A stretch of 64,000 nucleotides of DNA from an uncultured Chryseobacterium sp. (GTDB lineage: Bacteria > Bacteroidota > Bacteroidia > Flavobacteriales_F > PHOS-HE28): positions 6,984 to 70,983 of the forward strand of contig CAYXKE010000004.1 of NCBI GenBank assembly GCA_964464935.1, written 5' to 3'. The translations under genes were made by a program, and so were the position numbers. Each line of letters starts with the position of its first letter. Position 1 is the first letter of the stretch. Below, piece by piece: positions 54,568 through 64,000 of this stretch. The notes below the pieces were generated by a model. It searched no databases. It worked only from the letters and a program-made list of their open reading frames with translations, and was not told the DNA's origin.

Positions 54568-55185
54568 TCAATTGTCCAGCACCACCACCAACGCGCCCAC
54601 GGGCACCTGGTCGTACAGCTCGATCACATCGGCATTGCGCATGCGGATGCACCCGCGCGAGGAGGGCGTGCCGATGGAACGTTCATTGGCCGTGCCGTGG
54701 ATGTAGATGTACCGTTTGCGGCTGTCGCTGCTCCCGCCCTTGTTGTGGCCGGGCTCCAACCCGTCGAGCCAAAGGATGCGTGAGGTGATCCAGTCGTTGT
54801 CCTCACCGTCGTATGCGGGGTCGGCCACTTCACCGGTGAAGCGGCGGTCGCGCAGTATGCCGTACATGGGCACGCCATCGCCGTACTTGGCACTGATGCG
54901 GTGCAGGCCGGTGGGCGTGCGGAGGCTGTTCAGGGAGGTGCCCAGCCCGTTGGCGGCCGTGGCGATGGGATAGGCGTTCACCAGCTGCCGACCACGGACG
55001 TGGAACATGCGCTGCGTACTCACCTGCACGTAGAGCAGGTCGCCATTGAGGTCCGCAGTGGGGTAGCGTACCTCCATGTACTCCAGCAACATGTCCACCA
55101 TGCCTTGGGAGTCGGGTGGGTCGTCCGTGAGGCCGGGTATGAGGAGGCTCGCGACCAGGGCCAATTGGGGCAGGAACGTGGCCAT
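54568..55185 (-). CDS. L,D-transpeptidase (YkuD domain)
   Basis: 205 aa. ..YIYIHGTANERSIGTPSSRGCIRMRNADVIELY.. is the catalytic His/Cys motif of YkuD. Confidence 0.85.
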   Translation of the reverse strand: MATFLPQLALVASLLIPGLTDDPPDSQGMVDMLLEYMEVRYPTADLNGDLLYVQVSTQRMFHVRGRQLVNAYPIATAANGLGTSLNSLRTPTGLHRISAKYGDGVPMYGILRDRRFTGEVADPAYDGEDNDWITSRILWLDGLEPGHNKGGSSDSRKRYIYIHGTANERSIGTPSSRGCIRMRNADVIELYDQVPVGALVVVLDN

Positions 55186-55221
55186 GACGGGCCGAAAATA
55201 GAAGCGGCGCCGGCACCGTGC

Positions 55222-56940
55222 TCAGAACAGCGACACGAACCCGAAGTGCACCTTGCCACCGCGCAGCATGATGGGGTTGCTGAACTGGCGTCCCAGCGCG
55301 TAGGTGATGCTGAAGAGACCGGCGCGGGTCTCCAGGGTGGCGCCCACACCGAAGCCGATCGGCGTGTCCGATCGTGGCCGGTCCTCCGGGCCATGGTCAA
55401 TGCGGTCCTCCCACCAGCCCTGGTCGAAGAAGGCGAAAAAGTTCGCGTTCTCCTCATAGAGGAACCGGTATTCCACGGTGCCCACCGCCCATGCCGAGGC
55501 CAGCGTTCCACTTTCGTCCATGCCGCGCAGGTTCTGCAGCCCGCCGATGCGGTAGAGCTCGTTGCGGTAGAGGTCGTCGTTCACCATCCATCCGCCTTGT
55601 GTGCTCAGGCGCACCGTGCTTCGGCGCGCCAAAGGCATGTGCACAATGGCCTTTCCCTGCAGTTCGTAGAGGAGGGTGTGCACATCGGGCGCGGCCTCCG
55701 GGCTGGCCAGCACGGCGGTGGTGCTGCGCTTGCGGCCCACGCTGCCCTCCAGGTCCAGGGCGTGTCCGCGGCGCGGGTTGAAGCGATAGTCGAACCGTTC
55801 CCGGTGCAGGCCAAGGCCATAGCTGAGCAGGCGCACATCAGCCAGGCCGGGCACGGCGATCACCTGAGTGCCCAGGCGCACGTTCGACCGGTTCTGCACG
55901 AAGAACTGCACCTTGTCGCCCCGCGCCATGAGGTAGTCCAGCCCTCCGCGCATGTTCACCTCCAGGAAGCTCGTGTCGCGCCGGAAGATCTTCAGCGAGG
56001 CATCGAGCCCAAAGGGGGTGCGGAAAGCGAACGGCAGGTCGGCTCCCACGCGCAGCTCCTGGGTGCGGTCGGCCAGGCTGCGCCAGTTGAGGTTGATCCC
56101 TTCTCCGCGCGAGAGGGCATTACGCAGGCGCAGGTCGAGGTCGCCGGTAAGCTTCACCTGACCCGTGGCCTCGTCGGGTTGCACACCCAGGATACCGTTG
56201 ATCGAACTGGCCTTCCGTGCGTCCAGGAAGAGGTAGAGCTTGGTGCTCTCGGGCGTGAACTGCACGTAGGGCCGCTGCTTCGGCGTGACGAAGGGCAGCT
56301 CCTTGATGCGGCGTTCAAGGTCGGTGATCAACCGCTCGTTGTACGGATCGCCGGGGCGGATGCCAATGTGGGCCTGCAGGTAGCGCAGGTTGGTGCGCAC
56401 CGTGCCCCGAACCACCACGCTGTCGAACACCACCAACGGCCCGCGGTCCAGGCGTAAGATGGCATGCACGCCGTGATCCTCGCGGCGCAGGCTGTCCAGC
56501 CACACCCGCGCGAACGGATGGCCATTGTCCTCGCAGTGGCGCAACAGGCCCTCCAGGAGCCGGGTGACCTGTGGGGGCGTGATGGGGCGGCCGCTGTACA
56601 GCTTCTCGCGAAAGCCCGTGGCCGTGGCGATCTCCGCGGGAATACCCGATCCCGAGAGGCGCGCCCAGCGATAGGCCGGTCCGGCCACCACGTGGCACGT
56701 GGTCTGGCCGTTCCGCTCCACGCAGGTGTCCACGTGGGCTTCAAGGTGGCCCCGGGCATGCAGCAGGGCGATCACGCTTTTCAGCTCGTGCGGCACATCC
56801 TCGGCGCTGGCCAGCTTCACCGGGCGGGTCCATTTCGGGGGCAGGTCGCCGGCCACGGTGAAGCGGAGCTGGTGGCCGGATTGCGCGGCCGTGGCCAGGC
56901 CGATGACCAGCCCGAGGAGCGTGCCCAGGGGCCGTGTCAT
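55222..56940 (-). CDS. Omp85/BamA-family outer-membrane protein (POTRA + surface-antigen beta-barrel)
   Basis: MTRPLGTLLGLVIGLATAAQS is a signal peptide. ..VVRGTVRTNLRYLQAHIGIRPGDPYNERL.. is POTRA-like. The C-terminal barrel ends ..GKVHFGFVSLF (aromatic beta-signal). The ATG at 56940 overlaps the ung stop (ATGA). The track's 843-aa form is a spurious extension across ung. Confidence 0.8.
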   Translation of the reverse strand: MTRPLGTLLGLVIGLATAAQSGHQLRFTVAGDLPPKWTRPVKLASAEDVPHELKSVIALLHARGHLEAHVDTCVERNGQTTCHVVAGPAYRWARLSGSGIPAEIATATGFREKLYSGRPITPPQVTRLLEGLLRHCEDNGHPFARVWLDSLRREDHGVHAILRLDRGPLVVFDSVVVRGTVRTNLRYLQAHIGIRPGDPYNERLITDLERRIKELPFVTPKQRPYVQFTPESTKLYLFLDARKASSINGILGVQPDEATGQVKLTGDLDLRLRNALSRGEGINLNWRSLADRTQELRVGADLPFAFRTPFGLDASLKIFRRDTSFLEVNMRGGLDYLMARGDKVQFFVQNRSNVRLGTQVIAVPGLADVRLLSYGLGLHRERFDYRFNPRRGHALDLEGSVGRKRSTTAVLASPEAAPDVHTLLYELQGKAIVHMPLARRSTVRLSTQGGWMVNDDLYRNELYRIGGLQNLRGMDESGTLASAWAVGTVEYRFLYEENANFFAFFDQGWWEDRIDHGPEDRPRSDTPIGFGVGATLETRAGLFSITYALGRQFSNPIMLRGGKVHFGFVSLF

Positions 56941-57632
56941 AGGCGCCAGTCGATCGGCTCCTTGCCCTGGGCGAGCAGCAGCTCGTTCACCTGCGAAAAG
57001 TGCCCGCAGCCGATGAAGCCCCGGTGGGCCGAAAGGGGGGATGGGTGCGGTGCCTTCAACACGTAGTGCTTCTCGTTGTCGATGAGCACCTCCTTCTGCT
57101 GGGCGGGCCGTCCCCACAGGAGGAAGATGAGGCCCTTGTGGTGCTCGCTCAGTGCGCGGATCGCGTGGTCGGTGAAGTCCTCCCAACCCCAGCCCTGGTG
57201 GGAGCCCGCCTGACCGGCGCGCACGGTGAGCACGGTGTTGAGCAGCAGCACCCCTTGGCGGGCCCATGCGGTGAGGTCGCCATGCGCGGGGGGGGGATAC
57301 CCCAGGTCGCGTTCCAGCTCCTTGAAGATGTTCTGGAGGGAGGGCGGTGGGGGCACGCCGCACTGAACGGAGAAGCACAGGCCGTGCGCCTGGCCGGGGC
57401 CATGGTAAGGGTCCTGGCCCAGGACCACTGCTTTCACTGCATCGAACGGGGTGTGCTCGAAGGCGGCGAAGATGTCGGCCCCCCGCGGGTACACGGCGTG
57501 CTGGGCGCGTTCCTCCACCAGCCGGGCCTTCAAGGCGTGGAAGCTGGGCCTGCGGAAGGCATCTTCCAGCACGGGGTACCACCCGCCACCGATCTGGGGG
57601 CGCGGTTCGGGCGAAGGCGCGTCGGGGACCAT
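56937..57632 (-). CDS. ung: Uracil-DNA glycosylase (family 1)
   Basis: ..VVLGQDPYHGPGQAHGLCFSV.., ..GVLLLNTVLTV.., ..HPSPLSA.. are canonical UNG motifs. The ATG at 57632 was verified. Confidence 0.92.
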   Translation of the reverse strand: MVPDAPSPEPRPQIGGGWYPVLEDAFRRPSFHALKARLVEERAQHAVYPRGADIFAAFEHTPFDAVKAVVLGQDPYHGPGQAHGLCFSVQCGVPPPPSLQNIFKELERDLGYPPPAHGDLTAWARQGVLLLNTVLTVRAGQAGSHQGWGWEDFTDHAIRALSEHHKGLIFLLWGRPAQQKEVLIDNEKHYVLKAPHPSPLSAHRGFIGCGHFSQVNELLLAQGKEPIDWRL

Positions 57633-57704
57633 TGAAGGCGAAATATCGACAATGCATCGCCCAAAAGGGGATGAAACATTTTTCGGGAACTCTCGTTCGA
57701 CGGC

Positions 57705-57712
57705 TAACTTTG
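57705..57712 (+). promoter_or_regulatory. -7 box TAACTTTG upstream of the small lipoprotein ORF
   Basis: Perfect TAnnTTTG, 43 nt upstream of the ATG at 57756. Confidence 0.45.
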
Positions 57713-57755
57713 GACGACCGAGCCACCCTCCCGGCAGGGACCAAACAGACCAACG

Positions 57756-57884
57756 ATGAGAAAGTTCCTCCTGATATTGGCCGCAGTGATGGTCACCGGC
57801 GCATGCATGACCTCCTGCTCCTCGCATAAGAGCTGCCCTGCCTACAGCAAGGTCGAGGCCGCCCGGTCCGCTGAGGCCTGCTGA
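57756..57884 (+). CDS. Putative 42-aa lipoprotein
   Basis: Hand-translated: MRKFLLILAAVMVTGACMTSCSSHKSCPAYSKVEAARSAEAC*. It has a signal-peptide-like N-terminus with Cys candidates for a lipobox, and it has its own -7 box and a downstream hairpin. It is below the ORF-track cutoff. Confidence 0.5.
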   Translation: MRKFLLILAAVMVTGACMTSCSSHKSCPAYSKVEAARSAEAC

Positions 57885-57909
57885 GGGATATCCACTGCGC
57901 ATCCGACAG

Positions 57910-57945
57910 AGCCCGGCCGTGCGAACGGTGCGGGCTTCTTCGTTC
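57910..57945 (+). terminator. Hairpin (GCGA tetraloop) followed by T-rich tract after the small ORF
   Basis: AGCCCG-g-CCGT GCGA ACGG-tg-CGGGCT (57910-57936), then TCTTCGTTCG. Confidence 0.45.
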
Positions 57946-58005
57946 GCGGCCCCGCCCTCGGGCACCGATGCCCGTTCGGGCCGTGCACGCCAGCCTCACC
58001 ACATG

Positions 58006-58013
58006 TAGATTTG
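58006..58013 (+). promoter_or_regulatory. -7 box TAGATTTG 8 nt upstream of GTG 58022
   Basis: Perfect TAnnTTTG. The sequence reads TAGATTTGtggtcgccGTGAAGAAC... Confidence 0.4.
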
Positions 58014-58021
58014 TGGTCGCC

Positions 58022-58783
58022 GTGAAGAACCTCCTGCTCCTTTTGACCGGCCTGGTGGTGTTCGTTGTGGTGCCGCAGCGGCTTCAAGCCCAGCAGACCA
58101 TCTACGACGACACGCGCGTGCTCTACCGCGCCGAGATGCTGGGCGGCCTCACCGTGCACGGCAATGGCTGGGGCCTCTTCTTCCAGCACGGCAAGCACCG
58201 CACCGCACGCGACCGCCGAATGCTCGGAGTGGAGATCGTGTCCATGAAACACCCCAAGGAGGTGAAGAGCTACAACCCCTTTTACGAGGATTCGCGTGGC
58301 TACTTCTACGGCAAGGTGCATAGCATGCTCATCCTGCGCCCCACCTACGGGCACAAGCACCAGATCACCGACAAGATCCGGAGCACCGGGGTGGAGATCA
58401 ACACGGTCTGGGCCATCGGTCCGTCCATCGGACTGGCCAAACCGGTGTACCTGCAGATCGGCAGCCCCGACACATTCCCGTACGAGTCGATCACCACGGA
58501 GCGCTATGATCCGGAGAAGCACGACGTGCAGAACATCTACGGCCGTGCCACCTGGTTCCGCGGACTGGGCGAGATCCGTCCGTACATCGGCGGGTTCGCC
58601 CGCTTTGGTTTCAACTTCGAGAACGCGGGCGATGCCGCGGGCATCAAAGGATTGGAGGTGGGCGCCAGCATGGACGCCTACCCGCAGCCCGTACCCATCA
58701 TGGCCGAGCTGGACGATGTGGAGAACAAGCAGTTCTTCTTCCAATTCTACCTCTCCCTGTTCTTCGGCAAGAAGTCCATCTGA
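58022..58783 (+). CDS. Conserved hypothetical secreted/outer-membrane protein
   Basis: (V/M)KNLLLLLTGLVVFVVVPQRLQAQ is a signal peptide if GTG 58022 is used. The alternative is ATG 57968. The mature part is rich in aromatic/Gly beta-strand-like segments and ends ..FFFQFYLSLFFGKKSI. It abuts lipA. Confidence 0.7.
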   Translation: MKNLLLLLTGLVVFVVVPQRLQAQQTIYDDTRVLYRAEMLGGLTVHGNGWGLFFQHGKHRTARDRRMLGVEIVSMKHPKEVKSYNPFYEDSRGYFYGKVHSMLILRPTYGHKHQITDKIRSTGVEINTVWAIGPSIGLAKPVYLQIGSPDTFPYESITTERYDPEKHDVQNIYGRATWFRGLGEIRPYIGGFARFGFNFENAGDAAGIKGLEVGASMDAYPQPVPIMAELDDVENKQFFFQFYLSLFFGKKSI

Positions 58784-59647
58784 ATGAGCGAAACGGTCAC
58801 TACCGCCCCCGCCCGCAAACCTGACTGGTTGCGTGTGAAGCTGCCCACCGGCGAGAACTTCCGCAAGGTGGCGGCCATCGTGGGCGAGCACAAGCTCCAC
58901 ACCATCTGCCAGAGCGGCAACTGCCCCAACATGGGCGAGTGCTGGGGGGCGGGCACGGCCACCTTCATGATCCTGGGCAACATTTGCACCCGCAGCTGCG
59001 GCTTCTGCAATGTGGCCACCGGCCGCCCCGATGCGGTGGACCCCTTCGAGCCCGCCCGCGTGGCCCGCAGCGTGGAGCTCATGGGCGTGAAGCACTGTGT
59101 GATCACCAGCGTGGACCGCGATGACCTGAAGGACGGCGGCAGCGAGATCTGGGCCCGCACCATCCGCGCCATCCGCCGCCGATGCCCCGGCACCACCATG
59201 GAGACCCTGATCCCCGACTTTCAGGGGAAATGGGAGAACCTCGCCGTGGTGACCGATGCCGCACCGGACATCCTCAGCCACAACCTGGAGACGGTGCGTC
59301 GCCTCACCAAGCAGGTGCGTGTGCAGGCCAAGTACGACCGCAGCCTGGAGGTGCTGCTGCGGGCCAAGCGTGCCGGTCTGCGCACCAAGAGCGGCGTGAT
59401 GCTGGGCTTGGGCGAGACCGAGGCGGAGGTGCTTGAGACCATGGACGACCTCCGCAGCGTGAACGTGGACATCCTCACCCTGGGCCAGTACCTTCAGCCC
59501 ACGCGGAACCACCTCCCCGTGGCCGAGTTCGTGCACCCCGACGTGTTCGCGCGGTACCGCGAGATCGGCCTGCAGAAAGGCTTCCGCTTCGTGGAGAGCG
59601 GGCCGCTCGTGCGCAGCAGTTATCACGCGGAGAAGCATCTCTTCTGA
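58784..59647 (+). CDS. lipA: Lipoyl synthase
   Basis: 287 aa. ..[13 protein letters not shown].. and radical-SAM ..[10 protein letters not shown].. cysteine clusters. ..RSSYHA.. at the C-terminus. Confidence 0.95.
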   Translation: MSETVTTAPARKPDWLRVKLPTGENFRKVAAIVGEHKLHTICQSGNCPNMGECWGAGTATFMILGNICTRSCGFCNVATGRPDAVDPFEPARVARSVELMGVKHCVITSVDRDDLKDGGSEIWARTIRAIRRRCPGTTMETLIPDFQGKWENLAVVTDAAPDILSHNLETVRRLTKQVRVQAKYDRSLEVLLRAKRAGLRTKSGVMLGLGETEAEVLETMDDLRSVNVDILTLGQYLQPTRNHLPVAEFVHPDVFARYREIGLQKGFRFVESGPLVRSSYHAEKHLF

Positions 59648-59683
59648 TCGCCTCGGACATCCCGTCCCCCCAACCATCGACCC

Positions 59684-60673
<990 letters not shown>

Positions 60674-60685
60674 GGCGATCGGGGG

Positions 60686-61495
60686 CTACGCCGCCGGACC
60701 TCCGGTGATCCGCACGTCGGCCCCCAGGGGCCCGTCGCCCATACGCTTCATCAGCCGCACGTCCTGCCCGTCGAACACGGCGTACGTGAAGTAGGTGATC
60801 CAGTCGCCCGTGTTGATGTACCGTGCCGCTCGATCGGCGGCATCAACGGGGATGTCGATCGGCAGGTGGCGATGGCCGAAGAGCATGAAGTCGTAATGCT
60901 CCTTTTGCAGTTGTTCGCGGCAGTACTGCGCCAGCCACTCCTTGTCCTCGCCCAGCCACCTGCGGTCGTTCTCGTAGCTCTTCTTCCGGCTGCGGCCGCT
61001 CCAGAAATCGCCCATCCACAGGGCGAAGTTGGGATGCAGCCGCGCAAAGAGCCATTGGCACACCGGGTTGCGGAACACCTTCTTCAGGAACTTGTACCCG
61101 TGGTCGCCGGGGCCCAGGCCGTCACCATGGCCAATGAGGAAGCGCTTGCCTTCGATCTCGCGCACGATCGGCTCGCGGTGGATGGTCACACCGGTCTCCT
61201 TCGGCACGTAGTCGAAGATCCACATGTCGTGGTTGCCGATGAACAGGTGCACCGGGATGCCCCGATCGGTGAGCTCGGCCAGCTTTCCCAGCAGGCGCAC
61301 ATGTCCGCGGGGCACGGCCTTCCGCCACTCGAACCAGAAGTCGAACAGGTCGCCCATCAATACGATCTCCGTGGCGTCCTTCGCAGCCTCGTCGAGGAAG
61401 GCCACGATGCGCTTCTCACGCGCCAGACTGCTCGCGGCATCGGGCACGCCGAGGTGGAAGTCGCCGAGGAAATAGGTCCGAAGCGGTGCGGACAT
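60686..61495 (-). CDS. lpxH: UDP-2,3-diacylglucosamine diphosphatase
   Basis: MSAPLRTYFLGDFHLG..LMGDLFDFWFEW..IGNHDMW..GHGDG..FGHRH.. are calcineurin-like metallophosphoesterase motifs in the LpxH arrangement. Confidence 0.85.
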   Translation of the reverse strand: MSAPLRTYFLGDFHLGVPDAASSLAREKRIVAFLDEAAKDATEIVLMGDLFDFWFEWRKAVPRGHVRLLGKLAELTDRGIPVHLFIGNHDMWIFDYVPKETGVTIHREPIVREIEGKRFLIGHGDGLGPGDHGYKFLKKVFRNPVCQWLFARLHPNFALWMGDFWSGRSRKKSYENDRRWLGEDKEWLAQYCREQLQKEHYDFMLFGHRHLPIDIPVDAADRAARYINTGDWITYFTYAVFDGQDVRLMKRMGDGPLGADVRITGGPAA

Positions 61496-61577
61496 CGGCG
61501 CCAAACCTACTGAATGCGAACAGCCGGCCCACCATCCCATCGGACAGTGGTGCCGGCTGCCCGGTGAGCCAACCACT

Positions 61578-64000
61578 TTACATCACCACCAATCGGTGCG
61601 CGCGGACCGCACCCGTGTGGTCGATCAGTTGCAGATGGTACACACCGGCAGGCAGTCCATGCCCCACCGGCAGGCGGTCCGTGCCAGGAGCCAGTTGAAG
61701 TTGCTGCATCACACGGCCCGCTGCGTCGATCATCCGGGCCTCGGTGGGGCTGTCCACCGCCACGGGCAGATGCAGTGTGCCGCCGGCCTGCACGGGGTTG
61801 GGGTGCACGGGTGCCGCTGCCGCAACAGAGTGCTCGTGTGTGCTGGTGGACATGCAAAGGTTCTCATCCTCCAGCTGCAGCACGATCGATCGGAAGGGCT
61901 CCAGCATGATGCTGCCGGTGTACACCTGGCCGTCCACGTCGCTCCAGCAGCCCGTGAGCGGGAAGGTGGTGCTGCTGTTCGATGGGTTCGTCACCAGGAT
62001 GAAGCGCTCGTACGGGTCCACGGGCTGCACGGCCACCCGCTGCACACTCACGTTGTCCATCCAGTAGGTGTGCTCCGTCCAGTGGTTCACCAGTTGGATG
62101 CGGGCCGGCTCGGTCCGGTCGCTCTGGAAGAAGATCTCCAGATCGCGGCGCTCATCGCTGAAGGGGATGGCCTTGTTCCAGAAGTTGTAGGGGCCGGTCA
62201 CCTGCGATTCGGCCTTCATCTCCACCGTCACCACGCCATGCATGGTGCTCTGCGTGCTCGTTCGCAGGCGATACCATGCGCCCTGCTCCACATTGAACAT
62301 CTGCGGCTGGTGCAGGAAGAAGTAGTCGTACTGGCTGTTGTTGGGCATGTGCACCTTCAGTGCACCGTTGTCCAGGTAGGTGTGGTCCACCGTGTACTGG
62401 GTGTTGGTGGGCCAACCGCTCCAGCCGTTCACGTTCTGGGAGAACTGGCCGTTGGTGATGAACTCGTTGCTCAGCACATCGAGTACCTCGTAGGCGGGCA
62501 GGCGCAGAGGGCTGCGGGTGGAACCCTGGTCCTTGTTCTGTTCGGCCTGCCAGCGCTCCAGGGTCAGCAGGCGGGTGCTGCTGGCGGGCTGCACCCAGAT
62601 CTTGATGCTCAGCTCCTCGTAGGGGTTGAAGTAGCGGTTGTTGGTGAAGGTGCCGTAATCCACCATGTTCGTGGAGTACACGTGCATCTGGCGCATGCAC
62701 ATTTGATCGGGGCGCACGGAGTACATCACGTTGCCGCTGTAGATGGTGTTGAACGCGGGGACGTGCCAGGGCGGCGAGCCACCGGGCGTGTTGTTGTTGG
62801 AGAAATCGGAGATGCTCAGCTGCACGGCGTTGTCGAAGAGCACGTTGTCGCGCACGATGTTGCCGCTGTTCAATTTGGTGTGGTCCACGTGGATGCCGGC
62901 ACCGTCGCAGCGGGTTACGGTGTTGCGTTCCACAATGGTGTTCTTGATCACCCGGTTGCCGAAGTAGATGCCGAAGCCGATCTTGTAGTAGGCGATGTGG
63001 GTGGTGGCCACGCTGCTCAGGTCGCACACCATGTCCTCCACGATGTTGTCGCGCACCACCACGCCGTCGCAGTCGTCGAAGGTGATCGCGGCGCCGTCGT
63101 TCAGGATGGCGCAGGCATGGCGCACCACGTTGCGTTCCACCAGACCGTTGTTGGTGGTGCCGATGCCGATGTAGCCGATCTGGTCCATCACGTTGCCGCG
63201 CACCACGGTGTTCTCACCGCTGATCGTCACACCGAAGTAACCCCAGTCGTCCTCACCGCCGCCGGGTATCACCGCGATGCGCTCGAACAGGTTGTTCTCC
63301 ACCCGCGTGTTGGGCTCTCCGTAGATGTTGACGGCCGAGGCGTGGGTGTCGTGGAAGTGGTTGTTGGCGTAGAGGTTGTTGCTGCCGCTGCTGCTGATGC
63401 CCTTGTAGCAGTACCGGAAGGTGCAGTTGCGTACGATCACATTGTGGGCCACTTCGGTGCTCACTCCCGCGGCCGTCTGCCCTTGGAACACCATGTTCTC
63501 CACGATGATGTGCTGGCGCTGCCAGCCCGGCGCGAAGCCATGATCGTACACGCTGGCGAGCACCTGCATGGTGTTGGGGTCCACACCACCCGGCGGATGG
63601 AAGTAGAGGTGGCCGGTCGAGGCATCATGGTACCACTCACCCTCGGCATCCAGCGCATGGAGCGAGTTCTGGATGAAGAAGCCCCAGTCGGCATTGCCGA
63701 AGTTGTGTCCGATGCTGGCGAAGTGGAGCGTGCCGTTGCTGTGGTTGGTCACGGTCATCTTCTTGTAGCTCCAGTTGCTGGTGCGCGCCACGATCGTCGC
63801 GCCGTTCCAATGGCCGTTCGGCTGGTCCAGCTGGGGGGCGGATACGCTGCTGTTCGAGCCCTGCACGTTCTTCAGCCATCCGCTGTTGGGGTGGCGGGCC
63901 AGGGTCATCAGCGCGCCATCCACGATCAGGTATTTCGGCGCTTGGTCGAACGATGCGCGCCAGATGTTGCCTTGGTAGGGGGCCCATCCGCTTACGGGTA
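61578..64000 (-). CDS. Right-handed parallel beta-helix repeat protein with type-A T9SS C-terminal sorting domain (5' end beyond window)
   Basis: The frame stays open to pos. 64000 (..PVSGWAPYQGNIWRASFDQAPKYLIVDG..). It carries many ..N.I..N.. beta-helix turns (..VIVRNCTF.., ..NIVEDMV.., ..NTIVERNTV..). The C-terminus ..VHPNPVQAGGTLHL..MIDAAGRVM..LPAGVYHLQL.. is a Por_Secre_tail-like CTD. Confidence 0.8.
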   Translation of the reverse strand, partial: PVSGWAPYQGNIWRASFDQAPKYLIVDGALMTLARHPNSGWLKNVQGSNSSVSAPQLDQPNGHWNGATIVARTSNWSYKKMTVTNHSNGTLHFASIGHNFGNADWGFFIQNSLHALDAEGEWYHDASTGHLYFHPPGGVDPNTMQVLASVYDHGFAPGWQRQHIIVENMVFQGQTAAGVSTEVAHNVIVRNCTFRYCYKGISSSGSNNLYANNHFHDTHASAVNIYGEPNTRVENNLFERIAVIPGGGEDDWGYFGVTISGENTVVRGNVMDQIGYIGIGTTNNGLVERNVVRHACAILNDGAAITFDDCDGVVVRDNIVEDMVCDLSSVATTHIAYYKIGFGIYFGNRVIKNTIVERNTVTRCDGAGIHVDHTKLNSGNIVRDNVLFDNAVQLSISDFSNNNTPGGSPPWHVPAFNTIYSGNVMYSVRPDQMCMRQMHVYSTNMVDYGTFTNNRYFNPYEELSIKIWVQPASSTRLLTLERWQAEQNKDQGSTRSPLRLPAYEVLDVLSNEFITNGQFSQNVNGWSGWPTNTQYTVDHTYLDNGALKVHMPNNSQYDYFFLHQPQMFNVEQGAWYRLRTSTQSTMHGVVTVEMKAESQVTGPYNFWNKAIPFSDERRDLEIFFQSDRTEPARIQLVNHWTEHTYWMDNVSVQRVAVQPVDPYERFILVTNPSNSSTTFPLTGCWSDVDGQVYTGSIMLEPFRSIVLQLEDENLCMSTSTHEHSVAAAAPVHPNPVQAGGTLHLPVAVDSPTEARMIDAAGRVMQQLQLAPGTDRLPVGHGLPAGVYHLQLIDHTGAVRAHRLVVM

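Noticed and set aside
55222-57753. 843-aa version of the Omp85-family ORF
   Set aside because: The upstream 270 codons overlap the whole of ung in another frame and encode Pro/Arg/Gly-rich junk. A signal peptide begins at the internal ATG at 56940, which overlaps the ung stop.

Overview
This is a 64-kb chromosomal window from a very GC-rich member of the Bacteroidota. G+C looks like roughly two-thirds by eye; I did not compute it. The phylum call rests on type-A and type-B T9SS C-terminal sorting domains, a PorP/SprF gene, TAnnTTTG '-7' promoter boxes, a lack of Shine-Dalgarno sequences, a zinc-free L36, and secY-map-infA and rplQ-carA-eno synteny.

Gene content, left to right:
- 1-9.0 kb (+): the distal spc/alpha ribosomal-protein block, rplE (5'-truncated by the window edge) through rplQ, including secY, map, infA, rpmJ and rpoA.
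- 9.2-11.6 kb (+): carA and eno.
- 11.7-20.2 kb (-): a compact 7-gene Wzx/Wzy-type exopolysaccharide cassette (Wza, Wzc, Wzx, a zinc-ribbon/GT61-like protein, a Wzy-like protein, GT2, an acetyltransferase), ending next to tRNA-Glu(UUC).
- 20.5-27.3 kb: a hypothetical protein, proS, a Tyr/Gly/Trp/Met-rich lipoprotein co-transcribed with a FadL-like beta-barrel, a COG1579 zinc-ribbon protein and Nif3.
- 27.4-34.9 kb (+): an overlapping lpxK-PNP-gatB-TlpA-M1 peptidase string, followed by a convergent T9SS-secreted M1 peptidase.
- 39.0-50.8 kb (-): a four-gene T9SS type-B cargo operon. It runs small secreted protein, then a ~2,825-aa choice-of-anchor-L/Calx-beta/28x SprB-repeat adhesin, then PorP/SprF, then an OmpA-family protein.
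- 50.9-64.0 kb: rlmB, a GWxTD protein, rmuC, an L,D-transpeptidase, an Omp85-family protein, ung, a tiny lipoprotein, a conserved OM protein, lipA, gap, lpxH, and a 5'-truncated beta-helix T9SS cargo.

I saw no rRNA, CRISPR array, transposase, integrase, phage gene or recognisable defence gene. Most of the very long ORFs in the six-frame track are codon-aligned antisense shadows of real genes, as expected at extreme GC3. Many track starts are GTG/TTG and lie upstream of the real starts.

I did not find compelling evidence for a wholly new multi-gene system. The best candidates for a second look are the adhesin operon, the aromatic-rich lipoprotein plus barrel pair, the zinc-ribbon GT61-like EPS gene, structured RNA in the alpha-operon spacers, and signs of (near-)leaderless transcription.
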